From: a virus
Virus record (IMG/VR): IMGVR_UViG_3300003155_000001
Coordinates: 1 to 50,391 of that record
Length of the DNA stretch: 50,391 bases
Reading direction: 5' to 3' (one strand)
The translations under genes were made by a program, and so were the position numbers. Below, piece by piece: positions 1 through 7,423 of the stretch. A model generated the notes under the pieces. The model ran no database searches, was not told the DNA's origin, and saw only the letters and a program-made list of their open reading frames with translations. Each line of letters starts with the position of its first letter. Positions within the stretch are counted from its first letter, which is position 1.

Positions 1-23
1 AACGGATGGGGAGGCAATGGCGG
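1..23. repeat. Terminal assembly overlap (identical to 50369..50391), marking circular closure
   Basis: AACGGATGGGGAGGCAATGGCGG occurs at both window ends. The frame of the junction gene is continuous across it (50369-50207 is divisible by 3). Confidence 0.9.
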
Positions 24-669
24 TGCCAACGGATCTGGTTTTCAGGGATGGGCGACCAGAGCAGATATTAACGATGGGTTCGCACTGAACAACCTTCAGA
101 GCGGTATTAACTCTATTCAGAACGGGATCTGTGACAGTACATACGCCCTGACAAATGCAATTAACGGTGGTCTGTCGAATCTCCAGTTACAGCTTTGCAA
201 CGGATTCAACGGCGTACAGACACAGATTAGTAACATTGGATATAATCTTCAGGACTGCTGTTGCCAGATACAGCGCGCTATCGATGGCGTAAACTACAAC
301 ATGGCGACGCAGACAAGCGCACTTCAGAACACAATGAACAACAACACACGGGATATTATCGATAACCAGAACGCAGGCACAAGAGCAATTCTGGATTATC
401 TGTGTCAGGATAAGATCCAGACGCTTCAGAACGAGAACCAGAGTCTCAGGCTTGCGGCTTCACAGGCAAACCAGAACGCTGTTCTTCAGGCGGCTATGGA
501 TGCGAACACAGCGGAGATCATTCGCAGGACTGGCAATGATTGTCCGGTACCTGCCTATGTTGTTCCGAATCCGAATTGTTGCTATGGCAATCCGGTAGGA
601 GTAGGCTATGCAGGGTATGGTTTTAACGGCTATAACAACGGCTGTGGCTGTAATTCTGGATGTTGCTAA
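1..669 (+). CDS. Gly/Asn/Gln/Cys-rich membrane-anchored protein, 3' part (ORF starts at 50207 across the junction)
   Basis: Frame 1 is open from nt 1 to TAA 667-669 and continues the ORF from ATG 50207. Q/N-rich heptad-like middle and a Cys/Gly/Tyr tail (..CCYGNPVGVGYAGYGFNGYNNGCGCNSGCC). No family recognised. Confidence 0.65.
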   Translation, partial: NGWGGNGGANGSGFQGWATRADINDGFALNNLQSGINSIQNGICDSTYALTNAINGGLSNLQLQLCNGFNGVQTQISNIGYNLQDCCCQIQRAIDGVNYNMATQTSALQNTMNNNTRDIIDNQNAGTRAILDYLCQDKIQTLQNENQSLRLAASQANQNAVLQAAMDANTAEIIRRTGNDCPVPAYVVPNPNCCYGNPVGVGYAGYGFNGYNNGCGCNSGCC

Positions 670-715
670 TGTATTTGTAGGCTAACGTAAAATAATCCGC
701 CTATGGCGTGAATAA

Positions 716-741
716 GGGCGGCAGAGACCGCCCTATTTTTG
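716..741 (+). terminator. Rho-independent terminator
   Basis: GGGCGG-cagaga-CCGCCC followed by TATTTTTG. Confidence 0.8.
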
Positions 742-764
742 TTTCAAGAAAGGAGCTGAATAAA

Positions 765-1160
765 ATGCCTTGTAACTTATATAACAATAATGGCTTTGGG
801 TGTGGTGGCTGTAAGCATTTTATAAGGACAACAAGCGTTGCGTTAAACGGGACAGTGCTCGAACTGAATATACCGCAAGCTACATACAGTAACAAAGAAA
901 AGGTTTGCATCTGTGTTGCGCAGGCAATCCCGGATGTGACAAGTGCGGACACCGTTGCTATCACAATTGGCACGAGCGCCACGCAGTATCCACTCCGTAC
1001 AAAGTGCGGAAACAATGTCCATGCAGATCAGATCCGCAGTCGAAAGGTATACCACACATTCGTAGCGACTGACATCCCTCAGTTTACGGTTTCCGAATGC
1101 GAGCTGTGTTGCACTGGGTTTAATTTCCCGACGATCCCGGTCGCCGCTCCAGCAGTGTAA
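765..1160 (+). CDS. Cys-rich hypothetical protein (N-terminal CxxxxxxxxxCxxC, then beta-rich body)
   Basis: ATG 765 lies 7 nt after AAGGAG. The longer ORF-track start at 708 lies inside the upstream terminator. MPCNLYNNNGFGCGGCKHF.. and a C-terminal CELCC. Confidence 0.6.
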   Translation: MPCNLYNNNGFGCGGCKHFIRTTSVALNGTVLELNIPQATYSNKEKVCICVAQAIPDVTSADTVAITIGTSATQYPLRTKCGNNVHADQIRSRKVYHTFVATDIPQFTVSECELCCTGFNFPTIPVAAPAV

Positions 1161-1161
1161 C

Positions 1162-1374
1162 ATGGGGAACGGGAACACTTATGACTTTCTGGACGCCCTG
1201 ACCGCCGTTAGTTTTCTGATGAGCCTAGCGAACTACAAAGAAAATATAACACAGTCCGGGCTACAGGAAATCGTACATGAGCTGTTATCCAGTATTGACG
1301 GACATTTGCAGGAGCAGGATAGAAAAATAGATGAAATATATAATATGTTAAAGGAGGGCGAAAAACATGCGTAG
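1162..1374 (+). CDS. Hypothetical protein (70 aa)
   Basis: ATG sits 1 nt after the upstream stop (coupled). No clear SD. Confidence 0.5.
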   Translation: MGNGNTYDFLDALTAVSFLMSLANYKENITQSGLQEIVHELLSSIDGHLQEQDRKIDEIYNMLKEGEKHA

Positions 1375-2206
1375 GAATAACATAGGCACTATGGATGACA
1401 TGCGTGACGATCCGGGCACAAGGGACGATATGGAAATGCGCAGAAGACCAGATATGATGATGCACGATCAGCAGTCCGGCATGTCTATTCCGACACAAAG
1501 AGGCACAGCGAAAACGCAGAAAGTACAGGCCGCTGAAAACGTATATAATGTGATTAATGAGCACATGTGTAAGGGTGTTGCATTCCATGAGCAATTAGCG
1601 GATTATTTCTGTTTTCTCGGCCTGAAGGGATATAAAAAGATGCTGGAATACCAGTACATGAAAGAATGTGCTGAGAAAAGGGATCTGCACAGACGTTATA
1701 TCGAAGTGCACCAGAAAATTCTCCCTGTGAAACAGGTAAGGATCCCGGAGTTTATCCCGTCCGATTGGAGCCGTTACACAACAGAAGACATCGACGACAC
1801 AGTGGTTTCTAAGTTCGTTCGGGCGGCTCTGAAAGAGTGGAAAAACTGGGAAGAAAAAACAAAAGATCTGTATGAGGATCAGTGTGACATTCTGATGCAG
1901 GCAGGCCTTATATCAGACAGCGAATTTGTGAAAGACCTGATTGTGGATGTTGAGAAAGAAATGAAAAAGGTCGCACAGATCATGGAAAGCCTGAATGGAA
2001 CCGGATATGATGCAACCATGATTCACAGCCAGCAGGATAAGTATAACAAAACATACAAGAAAAAGTATGACGATCACTTTACCGTGAAAAACAACTATCG
2101 TATGCCGACGTATGACAGATATATCCCGCCGTACTATGATACAGACGAAGAAGACGACGACTGGGAAGAAACCGGAGTGCGCCGCAGACGCTGGGGCTTT
2201 GTGTGA
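1367..2206 (+). CDS. Ferritin-like four-helix-bundle domain protein with M/D/R-rich N-terminus and acidic-Trp C-terminal region
   Basis: RBS AAGGAGG. The core VINEHMCKGVAFHEQLADYF..GLKGYKKMLEYQYMKECAEKRDLHRRYIE..ALKEWKNWEEKTKDLYEDQ..FVKDLIVDVEKEMKKV aligns by eye helix-for-helix with bacterial ferritin (FtnA). Only some metal ligands are kept. Confidence 0.5.
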   Translation: MRRNNIGTMDDMRDDPGTRDDMEMRRRPDMMMHDQQSGMSIPTQRGTAKTQKVQAAENVYNVINEHMCKGVAFHEQLADYFCFLGLKGYKKMLEYQYMKECAEKRDLHRRYIEVHQKILPVKQVRIPEFIPSDWSRYTTEDIDDTVVSKFVRAALKEWKNWEEKTKDLYEDQCDILMQAGLISDSEFVKDLIVDVEKEMKKVAQIMESLNGTGYDATMIHSQQDKYNKTYKKKYDDHFTVKNNYRMPTYDRYIPPYYDTDEEDDDWEETGVRRRRWGFV

Positions 2207-2218
2207 CATAACATTTTA

Positions 2219-2245
2219 GGGCGTTGTGCAAACGCCCTTTATTTA
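2219..2245 (+). terminator. Rho-independent terminator
   Basis: GGGCGTT-gtgca-AACGCCC followed by TTTATTTAT. Confidence 0.8.
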
Positions 2246-2348
2246 TATATATAATATATATATTAACATATAATTGTTATTGTGTAATATGTTATTATAT
2301 ATGTTATATAGTGTAATAAAAATATTTTAAAAACTTTTATGTTATGTA

Positions 2349-2377
2349 TTGACAATATATATTTCATGTGTTATTAT
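2349..2377 (+). promoter_or_regulatory. Sigma-A type promoter P1 (early)
   Basis: TTGACA 2349-2354, 17-nt spacer, TGtTATTAT (extended -10) ending at 2377. Preceded by an AT-rich tract. Confidence 0.7.
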
Positions 2378-2424
2378 ATAAACAGTTAAAGGAAAGCAAA
2401 CAGGATAGCAAAGGAGAAAGAAGA

Positions 2425-2718
2425 ATGGCAAAGTATACAGTAAAGTTTGAGCAGTGCGGACATGAAGGAGTCGTAGAACTCTTTGGAAAGAATGAACAGA
2501 GGGCAAGAAAGATTGAGTATATTTCAAAATATCATCTCTGCCCGGAGTGTTACAAGGAAATGAAAGAAGCGGAGAAAGCAGAAAACTGCGAAGAAGTTGA
2601 AATGAAGTACTACGAGTACAAAAAGAACTACGCAGGATGCAAAACAAAAGCAGACAGCTACAACAGGCGGGAGAAAACAATCGTTGTATATGTCCAGAAA
2701 GAAGGTGCGACAGAATGA
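2425..2718 (+). CDS. Hypothetical protein with CGH..CPEC zinc-ribbon-like motif
   Basis: ATG 2425 follows AAGGAGAAAG. The ORF-track start 2368 would overlap the -10 of P1. Confidence 0.6.
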   Translation: MAKYTVKFEQCGHEGVVELFGKNEQRARKIEYISKYHLCPECYKEMKEAEKAENCEEVEMKYYEYKKNYAGCKTKADSYNRREKTIVVYVQKEGATE

Positions 2719-2963
2719 AAGAAATAGAAGCTTATAGAAAAGCAGTAGAGCAAAAGCTATCACAAGTAAGGAGATCACTAATCACACCGTTAGAGGGTAT
2801 GACATACTGTTCCGGTTATTTAAGATGTATGCTTGACCAGAATATCGTGGAAGGTGTGGAGTGTTCTCGTGAGCTGGATGACATGTGCAGAAAGTTTCTG
2901 GAAGAAGATGCAAGACTCCAGAGAAGAAAAGAAATGATGGAAGGATGGTTGAACAAAGAATGA
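2715..2963 (+). CDS. Hypothetical protein
   Basis: ATGA start/stop overlap with the upstream gene (ATG 2715, TGA 2716-2718). Confidence 0.55.
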   Translation: MKEIEAYRKAVEQKLSQVRRSLITPLEGMTYCSGYLRCMLDQNIVEGVECSRELDDMCRKFLEEDARLQRRKEMMEGWLNKE

Positions 2964-3127
2964 CACCTTATCAGTATCGCAAATTAAAAAACAGGATTTT
3001 TCCAGCTCTTAGGACTTGGCATAATATAAAAAATGTTATGTTAGATCTGTTAAAGGTAATTGGTGTTTTTGTTGGGTTTGTTCTTTTTCCGTGTGTTGTC
3101 TATACAATCTTAAATTTTTTAATGTAA
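2960..3127 (+). CDS. Small membrane protein (one C-terminal TM)
   Basis: ATGA overlap at 2960-2963. Hydrophobic stretch VIGVFVGFVLFPCVVYTILNFL. The start could also be 2945. Confidence 0.5.
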   Translation: MTPYQYRKLKNRIFPALRTWHNIKNVMLDLLKVIGVFVGFVLFPCVVYTILNFLM

Positions 3128-3131
3128 CATA

Positions 3132-3160
3132 TTGACAACTCCGGGAGAACAGAATAAAAT
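3132..3160 (+). promoter_or_regulatory. Sigma-A type promoter P2
   Basis: TTGACA 3132-3137, 17 nt, TAAAAT 3155-3160. Confidence 0.6.
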
Positions 3161-3199
3161 AAAAGTGTAGCAAGTAAAGCAGAAAAGGAGAAAGAAAAG

Positions 3200-3775
3200 A
3201 TGAAAAATTATGAAGAAATGACAGTGCCGCAGTTAAGAGAAGAATGCAAAACAAGAGATATACCAAGACAGGAAGGAGGAAAGAAGCTCACAAAGTCAGA
3301 GCTGATTGAGCGTCTGGAAAAGTCCGATAAGGAAAATACTCAGATGTGGGGCTACAAGGAAGCATCCAACAGCCCAGAGCAGGAAACAGAAGAAGAAGAG
3401 CGTATCACATATGAACATGATCTTCTTCCGAGGATTAATGATCTTGTTAGCAAGTACAGCGGATCCAATAACATCGAAAAGATCTGTGTTGGGTGTCGTG
3501 TTGTATATATCAGACTTGTGGAAACAAAGTCAGGCCGGATTATAAAAAAGCTTTCTACGGCTGTTGTATTAAACACAAAGAAAGCGTCTGGGATTGCACA
3601 GGTCAAAACGACCATTGGCACAACAGATGTTAGGAATTTTAAGGAGTTCATTTATGTGTCTGTTCCGTCTGAGGGGAGATATCCGGAGGATATTGCAGAG
3701 ACTCTGAGACTTCAGAGAACCGAAAGAGAACAGTTTCTTAAGGAGCTGGAAGCAATAAAAGAGCGCAGACAGTAG
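3200..3775 (+). CDS. HeH/SAP (Rho-N-like) motif protein with beta-rich C-terminal domain
   Basis: RBS AAGGAGAAAG. N-terminus MTVPQLREECKTRDIP..KLTKSELIERLEK has the helix-extended-helix pattern. Confidence 0.6.
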   Translation: MKNYEEMTVPQLREECKTRDIPRQEGGKKLTKSELIERLEKSDKENTQMWGYKEASNSPEQETEEEERITYEHDLLPRINDLVSKYSGSNNIEKICVGCRVVYIRLVETKSGRIIKKLSTAVVLNTKKASGIAQVKTTIGTTDVRNFKEFIYVSVPSEGRYPEDIAETLRLQRTEREQFLKELEAIKERRQ

Positions 3776-3784
3776 GAGGCACAC

Positions 3785-4330
3785 ATGAGTATTAATTACA
3801 GCTTAATTGAGGGCAGTGTAAGGCGGCTTTATGAAGCAAAAAAGAAGAAAGCGCAGGTGGATAAGTGGTATGAAGAGGTAAAGAAGAAAGAACAGCTTGC
3901 AATCTCCAACTTCATGTTTACAAATGTGCCGAGGGGAGAGGAACACTTCGACATAACGCTTACTGAGGGGATAGAGTATTATACAAACCATAAGCATCTT
4001 GGTGTTACTCGTGTCCGCAGGCGTAAAATCGTATGGGACATGAAAAAGCTGAAAGAACGGTTGTCCAAGGAAAAATATAAGGCCATCGTAAGAAAACGGT
4101 ATGAAATCGAGGACATTGACGGGCTGATAAAGTACCTGAGAAAGTGCGGAGTGGATCCGAAACGTTTTAAGTCTTTTTTGAGTATTACCGAGGCAATTGA
4201 TGAGAAGGAACTTAACAATCTTTCTGAGCTCGGCACCATAACAGAAAACGACATAAAAGGATGTTACACTGTTGAATTATTAGATCCGTATATTAAGATA
4301 ACGGAGAGAAATAATGATTCGGAGGTATGA
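3785..4330 (+). CDS. Hypothetical protein (basic, coiled-coil N-terminus)
   Basis: RBS AGGAGG 7 nt upstream. No motif recognised. Confidence 0.6.
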   Translation: MSINYSLIEGSVRRLYEAKKKKAQVDKWYEEVKKKEQLAISNFMFTNVPRGEEHFDITLTEGIEYYTNHKHLGVTRVRRRKIVWDMKKLKERLSKEKYKAIVRKRYEIEDIDGLIKYLRKCGVDPKRFKSFLSITEAIDEKELNNLSELGTITENDIKGCYTVELLDPYIKITERNNDSEV

Positions 4331-5279
4331 CGGGAAAGACCTTTTAAAGGTGCTTGTGTTTTATGGTCTAGCGCCGCCCGAGATACATACATCTAAATTC
4401 AAGATTGTGTGTCCGTTTCATGGCGATTTAAATCCGAGTATGCAGATTGACTTAGATGATGGAAGTTTCTACTGCTACGGATGCGGCGCAAACGGAGACG
4501 CAAGAGCATTCGTGTCTATGGTAAAGCCGGAGTTAGGCGAACTCGATACGTGTATTGCGCTGGAGAAAATTATAAAAAGCAACGAGATCCAGCGGCTACA
4601 TGTTCGGTACAAAAAGAAGAGGAGAAAGAAAAACAGACAAGCGCTATCTGAAGCAAAAGACTACTATTATGGTCTGCGTACGGTGGACTGGAAAGCCCCT
4701 AGAAATGAAGAAGAAGTAAAAGCCTTGAAATATATGAAGTCGAGAGGTTTTGGCTCGTATGCGTTAAATACTGCGGGTTGTAAGGCCACATATGACAAGT
4801 ATTATCCAGTTGTGTTTCCGATACTTGATAACGGAGAATTTCGAGGGTATGTATGTCGTACAGATAACAAGCGAGTGGAACAAAAACGGAAGTATCTGTA
4901 TAACGAAGGTTTTGACAAGCGTAACACCCTGTGTGGTACTTACACTGAGAATAAAGCTGTATTTCTATGTGAAGGGTATTTTGACTATCTGTCTTTAAAG
5001 GCAAGGGGGCATGTTAAAAATGCTTGTGCGGTTCTTGGATGGCATATTTCAGATGGGCAGTTAGAGGAGTTAAACAGCAAACATATTACTATTGTTGTCT
5101 CTGCACTTGATAATGACCGTTGTGGAGAAAAAGGGACAGAGCTATTAAAACAATATTTTAAGGTGATTCGTTTCCCGTTTCCTGACGGAGTAAAAGACCC
5201 CGGAGAAATGACAGAAGAGCAAATGAAAAAAGCAGTAAAACATGTAAGAGAGGAGTTGGAACATGCAAATAGAAGTTAG
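4314..5279 (+). CDS. dnaG: DNA primase (CHC2 zinc finger + TOPRIM), no helicase domain
   Basis: CPFHGDLNPSMQIDLDDGSFYCYGCGANGD (CHC2 finger). TOPRIM motifs CEGYFDYLSL and ALDNDRCGEKG. Confidence 0.85.
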   Translation: MIRRYDGKDLLKVLVFYGLAPPEIHTSKFKIVCPFHGDLNPSMQIDLDDGSFYCYGCGANGDARAFVSMVKPELGELDTCIALEKIIKSNEIQRLHVRYKKKRRKKNRQALSEAKDYYYGLRTVDWKAPRNEEEVKALKYMKSRGFGSYALNTAGCKATYDKYYPVVFPILDNGEFRGYVCRTDNKRVEQKRKYLYNEGFDKRNTLCGTYTENKAVFLCEGYFDYLSLKARGHVKNACAVLGWHISDGQLEELNSKHITIVVSALDNDRCGEKGTELLKQYFKVIRFPFPDGVKDPGEMTEEQMKKAVKHVREELEHANRS

Positions 5280-5649
5280 CGCTGACATGTGTGTTACATT
5301 CTACCACAAGCAGACGTTAAAAGAGCTTTCGATTGACCAGCACATAAGTCAGAAATACAATGAGGATAGCGAGGAATACCTGAGTTTATGTAGAGAGCTT
5401 GAAAACGATATCGGATTCCCTAGAAAAGAGGATAAGGAAAGGTTTGACAGATTGCTCGGTGAATGGCTGTGCAAAGAAATAAAATCAGTGTGGGACAGCA
5501 GATTGGGAGATATAATGGAAGTAGTGAAAAAATCATTTTTAGATACAGATACAACCGGAATCGTTACTATTGGTGGATACATGCTGAATCTGAAAGATTT
5601 TTGTGCAGTCGGTGTGAATGCATTTGAAATAAAAGTAAACAAGTCATAA
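5263..5649 (+). CDS. Hypothetical protein
   Basis: Overlaps the primase end by 17 nt, with GGAG upstream. Confidence 0.55.
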   Translation: MQIEVSADMCVTFYHKQTLKELSIDQHISQKYNEDSEEYLSLCRELENDIGFPRKEDKERFDRLLGEWLCKEIKSVWDSRLGDIMEVVKKSFLDTDTTGIVTIGGYMLNLKDFCAVGVNAFEIKVNKS

Positions 5650-5661
5650 AAGGAGCAGAAT

Positions 5662-6483
5662 ATGAGTTTCAGTATTAACGATCTTAAAAACGAAATTAAA
5701 AAATCTGGGAGTAACAAAGGTAAATTCCTGTATTTCAGAGAGGGAGAGAAGGTTCGTGTCAGATTTCTTACAGACATGGAAGACGGAACAGAGGTATTGT
5801 GGCACGACAGCTACAAAGAGAATATCAATGTACCATGTCAGGAGCGATTTGGTCGTGAATGCAAATACTGTGATAACAGTGATCTGAGAACCCGCAACAT
5901 GTACATCTGGAGTGTGTACGATTATGAGAGCAAAGAGGTAAAACTCCTTATGGCGGCTGTAAACCAGTGTTCTCCGATTCCTGCGCTAGTCGCAATGTAT
6001 GAGGAATATGGTACATTGTTAGATCGTGATTTTGTTATTAAACAGATTGGAAGCGGACAGGGGAAAAGCTTTTCTGTGATTCCTCAGGATAAATCTAAGT
6101 TCCGGAATACAAAGGCAAAGCCGTTGTCTGAGAGTGCAATTTTAAAGCACATTGATAAAGCATATCCGGACACCGAGGCGGACGATGAGGAAGAAGAGGA
6201 AACACCAAAACGTAATAGAGCGAAAGGAAGCAGGGGGAAAAAGAAAACAAAGGAATCAGAACTTGATATGAACGAACCGGAGGCTGACTGGGATGAGGAT
6301 GGACAGGAAAATGATTATGAGAGTATGAAACCACAAGAGCTCTATAAACTGTGCAAAGAGCGCAGTATACAGTGTAAGCCGAAGAAAGCAAAAGAGTATT
6401 ATATCGATCTGCTGGAGGAAGCTGACGAGGAGTCAGACGGCGACGACTGGGACGACGAAGAAGAAGAGTGGGAGGATGAATAA
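5662..6483 (+). CDS. T4 gp32-like ssDNA-binding protein with HeH insert and acidic C-terminal tail
   Basis: GEKVRVRFL.., zinc ligands WH..C..CKYC, FVIKQIGSGQGKSFSV resemble the gp32 OB core by eye. The tail ..DGDDWDDEEEEWEDE is typical of SSB interaction tails. Confidence 0.65.
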   Translation: MSFSINDLKNEIKKSGSNKGKFLYFREGEKVRVRFLTDMEDGTEVLWHDSYKENINVPCQERFGRECKYCDNSDLRTRNMYIWSVYDYESKEVKLLMAAVNQCSPIPALVAMYEEYGTLLDRDFVIKQIGSGQGKSFSVIPQDKSKFRNTKAKPLSESAILKHIDKAYPDTEADDEEEEETPKRNRAKGSRGKKKTKESELDMNEPEADWDEDGQENDYESMKPQELYKLCKERSIQCKPKKAKEYYIDLLEEADEESDGDDWDDEEEEWEDE

Positions 6484-6735
6484 ATGATTATCAGCAGGAA
6501 GGACTATGAGGCGGCATTGAGAAGAGCAAAAGCAGAAGGCCGCATGGAAGAAAGAAGAGCGGCTGAAGGAGAAAGAAAGTTGGAAGATGTGTCACGATAC
6601 ATGAATGATGAGATAGCCCGCATCTATAGGGATATGGGGGAGATAAAGGACGTTGTGTTTAGAGTTGAACGGGCGGTGAAAAACATAAGAGAGACAACAG
6701 AGAAGGCCGCATGTACATGTAGTGTGAATGGGTAG
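6484..6735 (+). CDS. Hypothetical coiled-coil protein
   Basis: ATG directly after the upstream TAA. Charged heptad-like sequence. Confidence 0.55.
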   Translation: MIISRKDYEAALRRAKAEGRMEERRAAEGERKLEDVSRYMNDEIARIYRDMGEIKDVVFRVERAVKNIRETTEKAACTCSVNG

Positions 6736-6737
6736 GG

Positions 6738-6764
6738 AAGGGCGATTTCTCGCCCTTTCTTTTT
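6738..6764 (+). terminator. Rho-independent terminator
   Basis: AAGGGCGA-tttc-TCGCCCTT followed by TCTTTTT. Confidence 0.8.
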
Positions 6765-6824
6765 AGAAAGGAGACAATATGCAGAATTAGAGATTATACG
6801 GGAAAAATTCAGAACAAATACAGA

Positions 6825-7139
6825 GTGGTGAAAACGGATGAAGATCTGGAATGGAACAGAGCGATAGACCTGTGTACGAATATTATTAATGCGCACATGA
6901 AGCACATGAATGACGGCTGGATCCCGGTTGAGGAAGCGCTTCCGGAAGAAGGGCAGGAAGTATGGGTAAGCGCGAAAACTGAGTGCGTCAGAAGAGGAAC
7001 ATATACAAAAAGCTTTGGAGATAGGAGGCTTGAAGGGTTTATATGCACTGATGGCTTCATGTGGATGAATACTGCTAATGCATGGAAACCATATGTTGTT
7101 CCAGAACCGTACCGCCCGGAAAGGAGAGAGGGAGAATGA
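6825..7139 (+). CDS. DUF551-like phage protein
   Basis: GWIPVEEALPEEGQEVWV matches the DUF551 signature as I recall it. The GTG start at 6825 is uncertain (weak SD). Confidence 0.55.
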   Translation: MVKTDEDLEWNRAIDLCTNIINAHMKHMNDGWIPVEEALPEEGQEVWVSAKTECVRRGTYTKSFGDRRLEGFICTDGFMWMNTANAWKPYVVPEPYRPERREGE

Positions 7140-7423
7140 GACTGATTGATGCTGATGAACTGATAAAACGGATAGAGAATTCGAGAAACAACAATCCTCA
7201 TAAAGATTGCCGCGTCAAGAGAAACCATGACATAGAGCATTATCATTTTATAAAAATGGTGTATGGTCAGCCGACAGTATTTGACAAGGAGAAGGTGCTT
7301 GATGAATTGAAAGGAGAGATAGACCTGGTGGTACATAATCCGATGATTAATCCAATAATTGCTGGGAGATATATTAAGAAAAACAGGGCGATTGAGATTG
7401 TCAAGAAAGGCGGGATTGATTAA
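7136..7423 (+). CDS. Hypothetical phage protein (MRLIDADELI.. type)
   Basis: ATGA overlap at 7136-7139, with GGAGAGAGGGAG upstream. Confidence 0.6.
   Translation: MRLIDADELIKRIENSRNNNPHKDCRVKRNHDIEHYHFIKMVYGQPTVFDKEKVLDELKGEIDLVVHNPMINPIIAGRYIKKNRAIEIVKKGGID

Noticed and set aside
1-23. The terminal 23-nt repeat as a biological direct terminal repeat or cos end
   Set aside because: It falls in the middle of an ORF and is too short for a DTR. The most parsimonious explanation is an assembler overlap from a circular or permuted genome.
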